This document shows, piece after piece, positions 1-10,372 of a stretch of DNA of 64,000 nucleotides. Position 1 is the first letter of the stretch. Each line of letters starts with the position of its first letter. This DNA comes from Thermodesulfobacteriota bacterium (GTDB lineage: Bacteria > Desulfobacterota_D > UBA1144 > Nemesobacterales > UBA2774), in contig OZ244197.1 in NCBI GenBank assembly GCA_965216785.1, forward strand, positions 2,528,001 through 2,592,000, written 5' to 3'. The position numbers and the translations under genes are program-made. Below the pieces are notes generated by a model. It had not been told where the DNA came from. It saw only the letters and a program-made list of their open reading frames with translations, and did no database searches.

Positions 1-659
1 TTTACTGTTTTAGTATGCCTTCTGTTAAAGACTTGTGAAAATGCCCTTACTACGGAATCCTCCGCGTCCGTCATATCGATCTCACCCCTTTTTGCGAGCC
101 ATCTCTGTACGGAGGTCATTTGAACGTCAGGGATGCCGCAAGGCACAATCTTATCAAAATAACTGAGGTCAGTGTTCACGTTTAACGCGAACCCGTGATA
201 GGTAATCCAGCGTTTCACCCCAACTCCGATTGAGGCGATTTTATGCCACTTCACCCATACCCCGGTTACATCCTCAATCCTTCTTGCTTTTATACTGTAA
301 TCTTCAAGCGCGGAAATTATCACCTCTTCCAAAGCCCTCAAGTACTTGTGTACGTCCCGTCCCATATTGCTTAGGTCCATAATAGGGTAGCCCACCAGCT
401 GCCCCGGGCCGTGAAAAGTTATATCGCCGCCCCTGCTGATTACCTCAAGCTTAATCCCTTCTTTTGCAAGATACTCTTCAGCCGCTAGTAAATTTCCCAT
501 ATTACCGCGCCTACCGATGGTGAAAGTGGGGGGATGCTCGAGCAACAAAAGGGTATCTTCTATCTCACCCTTCTTTCTTCGCTCCAATAGATCGAGCTGA
601 ATCCCAAGAGCCTTATCATAAGGCACGAGCCCGAGCTTATATACCTTAAAATTATCCAT
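1..659 (-). CDS. lipB: Lipoyl(octanoyl) transferase, 3' end truncated by the window edge
   Basis: Not in the ORF track. Manual translation from the ATG at 659 gives MDNFKVYKLGLVPYDKALGIQ...LLLLEHPPTFTIGRRG...SRGGDITFHGPGQLVGYPI...KIASIGVGVKRWITYHGFALNVNTDL, all LipB motifs. There is no stop before position 1. Confidence 0.93.
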   Translation of the reverse strand, partial: MDNFKVYKLGLVPYDKALGIQLDLLERRKKGEIEDTLLLLEHPPTFTIGRRGNMGNLLAAEEYLAKEGIKLEVISRGGDITFHGPGQLVGYPIMDLSNMGRDVHKYLRALEEVIISALEDYSIKARRIEDVTGVWVKWHKIASIGVGVKRWITYHGFALNVNTDLSYFDKIVPCGIPDVQMTSVQRWLAKRGEIDMTDAEDSVVRAFSQVFNRRHTKTV

Positions 660-762
660 TACTATATTTTAGCCTGAAAACATACCACACGTAAGGGTTT
701 TTAATTAAAAACTGAAATAGAAGAGATTCTCTAGGTAGGAATTAAAGGAAGAGTCGTGGCAG

Positions 763-2196
763 CTATATATTCCTTGCCCGTCCCATAGCAGCCAGCGCGG
801 CCTCCATAACAGCCTCTGAAAGAGTAGGGTGGGCATGGGATGTGACGGCTATTTCGTAAGGAGTAGTCTCAAGCGTTCTTCCTACGGCAACTTCGGCTAT
901 TAGCTCTGTTGCTCCGTGTCCTATTATATGAGTACCCAGTATTTCTCCCGTTTTTTTATCCGATATCATCTTTACAAACCCATCTGTCTCGCCTGTGCCT
1001 ACAGCTTTACCTACGGCTTTAAACGGGAATTTCCCGACGCTGTACTCATAACCTTTTTCCTTCACTTCCTCTTCTGTCATTCCAAGGGTAGCAATCTCGG
1101 GCTGGCAGTATACACATCCCGGAATGTTTCCGTAGTGTACTTTACTCTTAAGCCCCGCCATCATCTCAACGGCAGCTACACCCTCTTCAGAAGCTTTATG
1201 CGCAAGCAGGGGTGGCCCGATTACGTCCCCTATAGCGTAAATATTACTAGAAGTAGTCATATATGAATCATCTGTTTTAATAAACCCCCGCTCATCTAGC
1301 TCGATTCGCGCGTCGCTTAAGCCGATATCACCTGTTTTCTTATAAAAGCTAAGAGATGTGGGAGCGTCATTAGCTACCGGGCGTCTCCCGACAGCCACAA
1401 GCACCATCGATGCTGAAACCGTGGATTCAGTGCCCTTTTTAATGTCTTCAAGTATTACATCAACTGTTTTACGTTTCTTGTTGATATCTTTATATTTTGT
1501 GCCGGTCATAATGGTCATTCCACTTTTCTTAAACGACCTTTCAAGATCTCTAGCTACATCTCTATCCGCACCAGGCAGCAGATGATCCATCATTTCGACT
1601 ATCGTCACCTTACTTCCGAACGAATTATATACATACGCGAACTCAGCCCCTATATACCCGCCTCCGATTACAACAACAGAGGGCGGCACTTCAGGATGAA
1701 AAATCGCCTCATCGCTTGTCATTACCAGCTTTCCGTCTACTTCAAGACCCGGAAGCGTTACCGGGACAGACCCGGTTGCGATTAATATTTTCTCTGTATC
1801 GATCTCAACCTGATCCTTCTCGCCCGTAACCCCGACCTTGCCGTTTGTTATTATCTTTCCAACACCGTTAAACAGTGTGATTTTGTTTTTGTTAAAAAGG
1901 TACTCAACCCCTTTTGTGAGCTTATCCGACGCGCCCCTGCTCTTATCGATAACTTTAGAGAAGTCATAAGAAAGTCCTTTATGTGTTATACCGAACTCAC
2001 TGGATTTCTTGAAATATTCATAAACTTCCGCGCATTTTAATATGGATTTTGACGGTATACATCCCCAATTGAGACATACGCCGCCCGGTCTGTCGCGCTC
2101 TATTATAGCGACCTTCATTCCAAGCTGCGCGGCTCTGATAGCTCCAATATATCCCCCGGGTCCCGATCCAATAACTGTTAAATCGAATTTTTCCAT
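763..2196 (-). CDS. lpdA: Dihydrolipoamide dehydrogenase (E3), paralog 1
   Basis: GSGPGG FAD motif, GGVCLNWGCIPSK redox disulfide, HAHPTLSE. The start was moved to the ATG at 2196 (MEKFDL). Confidence 0.95.
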   Translation of the reverse strand: MEKFDLTVIGSGPGGYIGAIRAAQLGMKVAIIERDRPGGVCLNWGCIPSKSILKCAEVYEYFKKSSEFGITHKGLSYDFSKVIDKSRGASDKLTKGVEYLFNKNKITLFNGVGKIITNGKVGVTGEKDQVEIDTEKILIATGSVPVTLPGLEVDGKLVMTSDEAIFHPEVPPSVVVIGGGYIGAEFAYVYNSFGSKVTIVEMMDHLLPGADRDVARDLERSFKKSGMTIMTGTKYKDINKKRKTVDVILEDIKKGTESTVSASMVLVAVGRRPVANDAPTSLSFYKKTGDIGLSDARIELDERGFIKTDDSYMTTSSNIYAIGDVIGPPLLAHKASEEGVAAVEMMAGLKSKVHYGNIPGCVYCQPEIATLGMTEEEVKEKGYEYSVGKFPFKAVGKAVGTGETDGFVKMISDKKTGEILGTHIIGHGATELIAEVAVGRTLETTPYEIAVTSHAHPTLSEAVMEAALAAMGRARNI

Positions 2197-2442
2197 AGTA
2201 GGAGTTATTATATATTCAATCGCTTTAGCGTCAATCAATTCAACTCAAATCCCGCTCTCCGCAGCCCACGCTTCAATCAAACATGAAAGGTATTATGAAC
2301 CTGTTATGCTGGTAATTTACTCTAATATTGAGATTATCATTGACTTGTTTTGAGGCCTTGCTGTAATATTTCAATGGGGGGTGGTTAACGGCAGGGCCGG
2401 GGCTAAATACAAAGGGGTTCTGTACACTATTAAGGGCAAGAT

Positions 2443-5127
2443 ATGCAAAAGAAAAAAGACGCTGAAATTAGAAAATCCCAAATTGAAGAGCAGGAGAACC
2501 GTGAATGGTTTGAATCACTAGACTACGTGCTCAGCTCCGGCGGCCCTGAGAGAGCGGAAAGGCTTTTGAAAGAGCTTCAGACACACGCTCAGAAAAGCGG
2601 ATTGAAGCTTCCTTTCTCTGCCAATACTCCTTACATCAATACGATTCCCGTAGAAGAACAGCTCCCTTACCCCGGTGACCCGGCGATAGAATGGAACATC
2701 AGGAGCCTAATACGATGGAACGCTATGGCTATGGTGGTTCGCGCGAATAAGATTGAAGAGGGAATAGGAGGACACATTTCCACATTTGCCTCAGCGGCAG
2801 CGCTATACGACGTTGCTTTTAACCATTTTCTGAGGGGAAGGACCGAAGATCATGAGGGAGACATCGTATATATACAGGGGCACGCCGCTCCCGGGATTTA
2901 CGCAAGGGCGTATCTTGAAGGAAGGCTAAGCATCGAGGATCTTCAGAACTTCAGACAAGAAACCGGACCTAATTCAGGGCTTTCATCATACCCTCATCCA
3001 TGGCTCATGCCCGATTTTTGGCAGTTCCCTACTGTGTCGATGGGCTTAAGCCCCATCATGGCCATCTATCAGGCCCGCTTCAACCGCTACCTCGAAGACA
3101 GGGGAATCAAGAAACCCTCAGACGCAAAGGTCTGGGCCTTTCTTGGAGACGGTGAGTGCGACGAGCCTGAATCACTCGGAGCCATCACGCTGGCTTGTAG
3201 GGAGATGCTTGACAACCTGATTTTCGTAGTCAACTGTAACCTCCAGCGTCTGGACGGTCCTGTAAGGGGAAACGGGAAAATAATCCAGGAGCTCGAAGCC
3301 ATATTCAGGGGCGCGGGCTGGAACGTCATAAAATTAATATGGGGAAGCAACTGGGACCCGCTGCTCGCGAAAGATAAAACAGGGGTTCTGAAAAGACGGA
3401 TGGCCGACGCGCTGGACGGCGATTATCAAAAATACTCCGTTGCCTCGGGCGAATATATTCGCAGCCATTTTTTCGGGAGAGAGCCCGAGCTGCTTGAGAT
3501 GGTCAAGGACCTCACGGACGAACAGCTCCAGAAGCTAAGGCGCGGCGGACACGACCCGGAAAAGATATACTCAGCATACAAGATGGCTGTTGAGAACAAA
3601 GGCTCTCCCACAGTGATACTCGCCAAAACGATCAAGGGATACGGACTCGGCGAGGCCGGCGAAGGCAGGAACATCACCCACCAGCAGAAAAAGCTGAACG
3701 AAGATGAGCTGAGGATCTTTAAGACCCGTTTCGATATTCCAATATCGGATGAAGACGTAGCCAGAGCGCCATTCTATAAACCTCCTAAAAGCAGCCCTGA
3801 AATAAAATATTTACTCAAAAGAAGAAAAGACCTGGGGGGCTTTCTACCCAAAAGAGAAATAAGCGGTCCCACCGTAAAACCCCCGTCCGACAAGGTGTTC
3901 GATGAGTTCTATAAAGGCTCGGGGAAGAGGGAGTTCGCAACCACTATGGCTGTTGTGCGGATGATCAGCAAGCTCCTAAAGGATAAAAATATAGGCAAGT
4001 ACATAGTACCCATCATCCCTGACGAAGCGCGTACGTTCGGCATGGAGTCGCTCTTCAGGCAGGTGGGCATATATTCCCACGTTGGGCAGCTCTACGAGCC
4101 TGTAGACGCTGAAACACTTCTATATTATAAAGAAGCCGTGGACGGACAGATACTGGAAGAAGGTATTACGGAGGCAGGCTCCATGTCCTCATTCATAGCT
4201 GCAGGCACATCATACGCAACACATGGGATCGATATGATACCGTTTTTTATTTATTACTCGATGTTCGGTTTTCAAAGAATCGGCGATCTGGTCTGGGCCG
4301 CGGGCGATATGAAGACAAAGGGGTTTTTACTGGGAGGCACTTCCGGGCGCACGACTCTTGCTGGTGAGGGACTACAGCACCAGGACGGCCAGAGCCACCT
4401 GCTGGCGTACCCTGTGCCGAACCTTAAAGCCTACGACCCGGCGTTCGCGTATGAGCTTGCAGAGATCATCCGTGACGGTATAAAACGCATGTACGTTGAC
4501 CGTAAAGACCTGTTCTATTACATAACGGTTATGAATGAGCCTTACCTCCATCCCCCGATGCCCGAAGGCGCAAGGGACGGGATATTGAAAGGTATGTATA
4601 AATTCAGAGAGGCTGAAGACGAGAAAGCCGAGCTCAGGGCGCAGCTATTCGGAAGCGGGGCGATCCTGAACGAAGTGCTCCGCGCGCAGGAAGTACTCCA
4701 GGAAAAATACGGAGTTTCAGCGGACGTCTGGAGCGTCACTAGCTACAAGGAGCTATACCGTGACGGTCTTGAAAAAGAGCGCTGGAATATGCTCCATCCA
4801 TCAGAGATAAAGAGGGTACCGTATATAAGTGAGTGCGTTAAAGACTCACCCGGGGTATTCGTCGCTGCTTCTGACTACGTAATGGCTCTTCCGGACTCAA
4901 TATCACAGTGGCTTCCGCGCCCTCTGGTAACACTCGGTACGGACGGCTACGGACGCAGCGGAAGCCGTAGGGGACTCAGGGACTTCTTTGAGGTTGACTG
5001 GCGCTACGTAACACTTGCGGTACTGGCATCGCTCACGTGGGAGAAAAAGATTAAAACGGACGTCGTAGAAAAAGCGATTAAGGAGCTTGAAATTAATCCC
5101 AGCAAAGCAAATCCCATATTATCTTAG
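2443..5127 (+). CDS. aceE: Pyruvate dehydrogenase E1, homodimeric AceE type
   Basis: GGHISTFAS, SSYPHPWLMPDFWQFPTVSMGL, GDGE...NCNLQRLDGPV TPP motif, 894 aa. Confidence 0.97.
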   Translation: MQKKKDAEIRKSQIEEQENREWFESLDYVLSSGGPERAERLLKELQTHAQKSGLKLPFSANTPYINTIPVEEQLPYPGDPAIEWNIRSLIRWNAMAMVVRANKIEEGIGGHISTFASAAALYDVAFNHFLRGRTEDHEGDIVYIQGHAAPGIYARAYLEGRLSIEDLQNFRQETGPNSGLSSYPHPWLMPDFWQFPTVSMGLSPIMAIYQARFNRYLEDRGIKKPSDAKVWAFLGDGECDEPESLGAITLACREMLDNLIFVVNCNLQRLDGPVRGNGKIIQELEAIFRGAGWNVIKLIWGSNWDPLLAKDKTGVLKRRMADALDGDYQKYSVASGEYIRSHFFGREPELLEMVKDLTDEQLQKLRRGGHDPEKIYSAYKMAVENKGSPTVILAKTIKGYGLGEAGEGRNITHQQKKLNEDELRIFKTRFDIPISDEDVARAPFYKPPKSSPEIKYLLKRRKDLGGFLPKREISGPTVKPPSDKVFDEFYKGSGKREFATTMAVVRMISKLLKDKNIGKYIVPIIPDEARTFGMESLFRQVGIYSHVGQLYEPVDAETLLYYKEAVDGQILEEGITEAGSMSSFIAAGTSYATHGIDMIPFFIYYSMFGFQRIGDLVWAAGDMKTKGFLLGGTSGRTTLAGEGLQHQDGQSHLLAYPVPNLKAYDPAFAYELAEIIRDGIKRMYVDRKDLFYYITVMNEPYLHPPMPEGARDGILKGMYKFREAEDEKAELRAQLFGSGAILNEVLRAQEVLQEKYGVSADVWSVTSYKELYRDGLEKERWNMLHPSEIKRVPYISECVKDSPGVFVAASDYVMALPDSISQWLPRPLVTLGTDGYGRSGSRRGLRDFFEVDWRYVTLAVLASLTWEKKIKTDVVEKAIKELEINPSKANPILS

Positions 5128-5202
5128 ATCAACTTACGCGTCAGCTGTGGATGTAATACATCATGGAACTGATAGGGCAACAGACTAAAGGGCGGAAGCG
5201 AA

Positions 5203-6630
5203 ATGACGATTGAATATAAACTACCGGAATTAGGTGAAGACATTGAGACGGGAGAGGTTGTAAGCGTATACGTCTCTCCCGGCGACTCGGTCGCGGAAGA
5301 ACAGCCGCTTATGGAGATCGAGACCGATAAGGCCGCAATTGAAGTCCCTTCTCCCGCAGCGGGTGTGATTAAATCAGTGCACGTCGCGGACGGCGAGACT
5401 ATACAGGTTGGCCAGCTGCTCGTGACGATAGAAGACGGTCAAGGCAACGGAAAGGAAGCTGAGACAGTACCGGCTTCAAAGGAAGAAGTAGTAGAAGCAG
5501 AAATAAAAGAACCTGAGAAGGAAATAAAAAAGGAAGAGACAGATGAGACCGCTCTTGAACTTGATTTTAATAAGAAAAAAGCAAAAGCAGAAGAAGAGGA
5601 AGAGATAGAAACCGCACCTGTCCCGGAAGAAGAAAAGAAAACTGAGGAAAAAGAAGAACCTGAAGAAGAAAAAGAAGTAAAAGCAACCGAGATTAAAAAA
5701 GCCCCATCACAGCTGGTTCCGGCTTCACCTACGGTGAGAAGACTTGCCCGGGAGCTTGGGATCGATATTAACACAGTCACAGGCACAGGGCCCGGAGGGC
5801 GTATTTCCGAAGCGGACCTGCGGGCAGGCACCGGCACCGAGAAGAAAACGAAAGCGCCTGTTACTAAAACTCCGGCACCCGCAAACAAGACACCTGATAA
5901 AACAAAAACAGAGACCAAACCAAAGCCCGGCAAGCAAGAGCGCGTGAAGATGTCCAAGGTAAGAAGGCTTACAGCTGAGCGGCTTACTGACGCCTGGAAA
6001 GCCCCGCACGTAACCCAGTACGACAAGGCGGATATTACAGAGCTTGAGGGTCTCAGAAAACAGTTCGGGAAGTCCGTAGGCAAGGCCGGCGGCAAGCTCA
6101 CCATGACATCTATTCTCATTAAAGTCGTGGCCAAAACACTAAAAGAATTCCCTGAGGTAAACGCGAGCGTCGACATGGAAAACAGTGAAATCGTATACAA
6201 GCATTTCTATAACATAGGCATTGCGGTAGATACAGAGAGAGGTCTTCTGGTACCTGTCGTTAAAGACGCGGATAAAAAGAATATTACAGAGCTGTCTGTG
6301 GAGCTTGCGGATATTTCCGAGCGCGCCCGGACAAAGAAAATTACAGCTGACGAGTTGAGGGGCGGCACGTTTACCATCACCAACCTTGGAGGCATAGGAG
6401 GCACGTATTTCTCCCCTGTTCTGAACGCGCCCGAGGTAGGCATACTGGGGGTTTCGCGCTCACAGATGGAGCCCGTATACGTGGAAGAGGAGTTTGTCCC
6501 AAGACTCATGCTCCCGCTTTCACTTTCCTACGACCACAGGCTCGTAGACGGAGCAAACGCCATCAGGTTCCTGCGCCGGGTGATCGAGAGGCTAGAAGAG
6601 CCCCACAGCTGGTTCCTTAAGGTAAATTGA
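5203..6630 (+). CDS. aceF: Dihydrolipoamide acetyltransferase (E2), single lipoyl domain
   Basis: ETDKA lipoyl lysine, ASPTVRRLARELGID peripheral subunit-binding domain, DHRLVDG catalytic motif; lies between aceE and lpdA. Confidence 0.93.
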   Translation: MTIEYKLPELGEDIETGEVVSVYVSPGDSVAEEQPLMEIETDKAAIEVPSPAAGVIKSVHVADGETIQVGQLLVTIEDGQGNGKEAETVPASKEEVVEAEIKEPEKEIKKEETDETALELDFNKKKAKAEEEEEIETAPVPEEEKKTEEKEEPEEEKEVKATEIKKAPSQLVPASPTVRRLARELGIDINTVTGTGPGGRISEADLRAGTGTEKKTKAPVTKTPAPANKTPDKTKTETKPKPGKQERVKMSKVRRLTAERLTDAWKAPHVTQYDKADITELEGLRKQFGKSVGKAGGKLTMTSILIKVVAKTLKEFPEVNASVDMENSEIVYKHFYNIGIAVDTERGLLVPVVKDADKKNITELSVELADISERARTKKITADELRGGTFTITNLGGIGGTYFSPVLNAPEVGILGVSRSQMEPVYVEEEFVPRLMLPLSLSYDHRLVDGANAIRFLRRVIERLEEPHSWFLKVN

Positions 6631-6664
6631 TGGACATACTATATAGTGCATCACCGGAATACTC

Positions 6665-8092
6665 ATGAGCGATAAAAAAAACTCTACAGACGTTGTTATT
6701 GTCGGCGCGGGCCCGGGGGGTTATCCGTGCGCTTTTCTTGCCGCGGACTTGGGTCTCAAAGTCACTTTGATAGACCCCGAGGAGAACCCGGGCGGAGTGT
6801 GTCTCTACAGAGGGTGTATCCCCTCAAAAGCGCTACTTCACTCCGCGAAAGTAATCACGGAAGCAGAGCATGCATCGAGCTTAGGCATCGAGTTCGGCAA
6901 GCCGAAAATAAATATAGAAAAACTAAGGGGCTGGAAAGAGCAGGTAGTGCAAAAGCTCGTACGAGGGCTGGGACAGCTCTCAAAGCAGCGCAATATTTCC
7001 TACATTAGGGGAAGAGCGGAGTTCAAGGATTCAAACACGCTGATTATTAAAAAAGAGGACGGTGGGGAAGATGAGCTGACATTTAAGCGCGCGGTCATCG
7101 CAACCGGCTCCCGCCCGTCCACTATTCCCTCATTCCCGAAGTCCCCGGACATCCTTAATTCCACTACGGCTCTCGACCTCCCGGAGATTCCGGAGACAAT
7201 GTTAGTGGTAGGCGGCGGGTACATAGGGCTCGAGCTCGGAACTGTTTACTCATCTCTTGGAACCAGTGTATCTGTCGTCGAGATGACCTCTGGACTTATG
7301 CCCGGAGTGGACAGGGATTTGGTTCGCGTTCTCCAAAAGAGCTCGGAGAGTATTTTCAAGGAAATAATGCTAGATACAAAGGTAGTTGGAATTGAGGAAG
7401 CAGGGAATGGTTTAACAGTCAGCTTTGAAGGTAAAGACGGTGAGAAGACACAAAATAGTTTTGATAAAGTGCTGGTTTCAGTGGGCAGAAAGCCAAACTC
7501 TGAAGAGCTTGGGCTTGAGAATACCAATATAGAGATCGACAAAGCAGGGTTCATTAAGGTAAATGAGGAGAGGGAAACTACCGAGCCCGGGATATACGCC
7601 ATCGGAGATGTTGCGGGCGAGCCGATGCTAGCTCACAAAGCAACGCACGAAGGCAGGGTAGTGGCAGAGGTACTCGCAGGGAAACCGCATACTTTTAACC
7701 CCGCCGCGATACCGGCAGTGGTCTTTACCGACCCGGAGATCGCATGGTGCGGCCTTACCGAAACCGAAGCCAAAGAAAATAAAATCTCTGTAAAAGTAGC
7801 CCGCTTCCCCTGGGGCGCGTCCGGCAGGGCAAAAACACTTGACCGTCAGGACGGCGCCACAAAGCTCCTGGTAGACCCGGATACAGAGCGGGTGCTCGGT
7901 ATGGGCATAGTAGGCCCGGGAGCCGGAGAGCTGATAGCCGAAGGCGTGCTTGCCATAGAGATGGCGGCCCTCGCCTCAGACATCGAGCTCAGCATACACC
8001 CCCATCCCACATTGTCAGAGACCGTTATGGAATCCGCAGAGGTTTTCTACGGTCACAGCACACACGTATATAAACCAAAGAGGAACCGTTAG
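6665..8092 (+). CDS. lpdA: Dihydrolipoamide dehydrogenase (E3), paralog 2
   Basis: GAGPGG, GGVCLYRGCIPSK, HPHPTLSE; in the PDH operon. Confidence 0.95.
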   Translation: MSDKKNSTDVVIVGAGPGGYPCAFLAADLGLKVTLIDPEENPGGVCLYRGCIPSKALLHSAKVITEAEHASSLGIEFGKPKINIEKLRGWKEQVVQKLVRGLGQLSKQRNISYIRGRAEFKDSNTLIIKKEDGGEDELTFKRAVIATGSRPSTIPSFPKSPDILNSTTALDLPEIPETMLVVGGGYIGLELGTVYSSLGTSVSVVEMTSGLMPGVDRDLVRVLQKSSESIFKEIMLDTKVVGIEEAGNGLTVSFEGKDGEKTQNSFDKVLVSVGRKPNSEELGLENTNIEIDKAGFIKVNEERETTEPGIYAIGDVAGEPMLAHKATHEGRVVAEVLAGKPHTFNPAAIPAVVFTDPEIAWCGLTETEAKENKISVKVARFPWGASGRAKTLDRQDGATKLLVDPDTERVLGMGIVGPGAGELIAEGVLAIEMAALASDIELSIHPHPTLSETVMESAEVFYGHSTHVYKPKRNR

Positions 8093-8113
8093 CTTTCTAT
8101 AACAGGCCGGACC

Positions 8114-9610
8114 ATGACCCTCGCACCCGAGAACAAGCACGAGAAAGAGATTGCACGCCTCAGCATCCTCCCCGAGGACCGCTACTTAAAAGCCCTGGTA
8201 GATATGGTGAGCGACATTGCGGAGGCAAACGGTATTAGCAGAAAAGAGACGTCACATCTTGACAAAGTGCTTATGGATATCTTCCGTAATATTGTTACAT
8301 ACGGATTTCAGGATGACACCTGCACACCAATCGATGTCATAGTACTTAGGCGTCTCCACGCCCTCGTTATAGCGCTCGAAGACCGTGGGCTGCCTTTTGA
8401 CTATGAGAACCTCGAGCACGGCGAGGACAAGCGTTTCCGCTCGTATATGTCCAAAGGCTACGCCGACTCGGTAAATTTCCAAAGCCTCGGCAAGTACGGC
8501 AACAGGACCGAGATAGTAAAAAATCTTCCAGCAAGCGATATTAGGGAAGAGATGGATATAAGCGAGCACCATGAGCACATGAAAGCCGAGCCTGCGCCGC
8601 CCGACGCGCAGTTCACGATTGAAGTATTCAACCATAAAAACGTAAACGACCTCGTCCGCCTGGTGTATAAGTGCTATGGCTACACGTACACAAACGAATT
8701 TATGTACTACCCCGAGCAAATCGAAGCGCTCCTTCACGGAGACCTTATGACGTCCTGCGGGGCTTATGACAGCACAGGAGAGCTCATCGGCCATCTGGCG
8801 CTCGTATTCTCAAAGCCCGGAGCCAGGGTAGGCGAATCCGGCGAGGCTGTAGTAGACCCGAGGTACAGGGGTAGAAAGATTTTTCAGAAAATGAAGAATT
8901 TTCTGAAAGAAGAATCCGCGGCAAACGGTATCGTCGGAATTTACAGCGAGGCGGTAACGGTGCACCCCTACAGCCAGAAGGGGAACCTCGACATAGGGGC
9001 AAGCGAGATCGGGTATCTACTGGGATACAGCCCGGGCACAGTGTCGTTTCAGAATATAACAGACGGCGAGAAGCCGAGGCGCCAGTCCGTAGCTCTAATG
9101 TATCTGCCCGTGCTCGAATCAGAGCCCAGTAGGATTTATTCACCTGAAGCTTATAAGAAAATAATCAGCGATATTTACAGCAACATTGATATTAAGCGAG
9201 AGATAATTACAGAAGACCGGGATTTTAAATATGCTGCAGACTCGGAAAGTAAAGTCAGTGTAAAAGTAAGAACGGACCACAACCAGGGGATAATCTCTGT
9301 AGAGTCATACGGGGACAGCACTGTGGGCGAGATTCGGTATCATTTAAGAAAACTCTGTGTTGAGCATATCGACTGTATATACGCCGACCTACCCATAAAC
9401 CACAAAGGAGCGGGTCACACAGCAGAGGCTTTAAGGGAGATTGGATTTTTCTTCGGATACGTCGTCCCCGAATACGCTGACTCCGATATTCTGAGACTTC
9501 AATACTTAAACAATGTGGAAATAGAAAGAGAAGACATCAAGACCGCCTCAACTTTCGGTGAAGAGCTTCTCGGATTCATATTCGAAGATATGGACCGTGG
9601 GAACTCATAA
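8114..9610 (+). CDS. RsbW-like (GHKL/HATPase) domain fused to a GNAT acetyltransferase
   Basis: The N-terminus has NIVTYGF...LEDRGLPFD...DSVNF, an anti-sigma-kinase-like pattern. The central AVVDPRYRGRKIFQKM is GNAT acetyl-CoA motif A. Confidence 0.7.
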   Translation: MTLAPENKHEKEIARLSILPEDRYLKALVDMVSDIAEANGISRKETSHLDKVLMDIFRNIVTYGFQDDTCTPIDVIVLRRLHALVIALEDRGLPFDYENLEHGEDKRFRSYMSKGYADSVNFQSLGKYGNRTEIVKNLPASDIREEMDISEHHEHMKAEPAPPDAQFTIEVFNHKNVNDLVRLVYKCYGYTYTNEFMYYPEQIEALLHGDLMTSCGAYDSTGELIGHLALVFSKPGARVGESGEAVVDPRYRGRKIFQKMKNFLKEESAANGIVGIYSEAVTVHPYSQKGNLDIGASEIGYLLGYSPGTVSFQNITDGEKPRRQSVALMYLPVLESEPSRIYSPEAYKKIISDIYSNIDIKREIITEDRDFKYAADSESKVSVKVRTDHNQGIISVESYGDSTVGEIRYHLRKLCVEHIDCIYADLPINHKGAGHTAEALREIGFFFGYVVPEYADSDILRLQYLNNVEIEREDIKTASTFGEELLGFIFEDMDRGNS

Positions 9611-9631
9611 TCAAATCTCCCCTATATATTT

Positions 9632-10372
9632 TTAAGTCTTCCCAAGAACAGGCACCACAGCGCCTGAAATAGAATCTCCACCACTCGAGCACAAAAATGA
9701 AATTACCCTCGCAATTTCCTCAGGCTTCACCCACTTTGAGTGGTCAGCCTTTGGCATCTCAGCCCTGTTATGCGGGGTGTCCATTGTGCCGGGAATAATG
9801 GCGTTTATGTTTATGTTATACCTCGACATTTCATCCGCGGCAGATTGTGTGAGGTTTAGTACACCCGCCTTTGAGGCTCCGTACGCGCTCATGTTCGCCG
9901 CTCCGTGAAGGGCAGGGCGGGCCCCGATATTCACAATCCTTCCATAGTCCCGCTCCATCATGTGCGGAAGCGCGGCCCTTGTCATGAGGAATACGGACTT
10001 AAGGTTCATATCCATCATCCGCTCCCAGGCAGCATCGTCCGTATCGACAATCCCCGCCATTGAAAACCCGCCTACTATGTTTATCAAAATATCAATGCGC
10101 CCGAGCTTCTTTATAGATTTTTGAATAAGCTTCTCTGTCTGCCCGGACTTTGTAATATCCGCTTTAGCAAACGACAAGGCAGCCCCGTATCTATCCTTTA
10201 CGTCTGTAGCATACTTTAGCTGCCTCTCCTCTATATAGGTAGATAGCACCTGAGCCCCTTCGGCCAGGAACTCTTCCAACACCGCGACTCCCAGCCCTCC
10301 GGTCCCTCCGGTTATCAATGCGCGCCTGTCTTTTAATCTTTGCATTTTCACCTCCTGAGCACTTTGAGTCAT
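9632..10372 (-). CDS. Short-chain dehydrogenase/reductase
   Basis: TGGTGGLG, YGASK catalytic motif, NAIIPG. Confidence 0.9.
   Translation of the reverse strand: MTQSAQEVKMQRLKDRRALITGGTGGLGVAVLEEFLAEGAQVLSTYIEERQLKYATDVKDRYGAALSFAKADITKSGQTEKLIQKSIKKLGRIDILINIVGGFSMAGIVDTDDAAWERMMDMNLKSVFLMTRAALPHMMERDYGRIVNIGARPALHGAANMSAYGASKAGVLNLTQSAADEMSRYNININAIIPGTMDTPHNRAEMPKADHSKWVKPEEIARVISFLCSSGGDSISGAVVPVLGKT

Noticed and set aside
5439-6200. 253-aa antisense ORF, and similar long shadow ORFs such as 19074-19892 and 52241-52918
   Set aside because: These are reverse-frame shadows of real genes, with Ser/Phe-rich low-complexity translations and no motifs.
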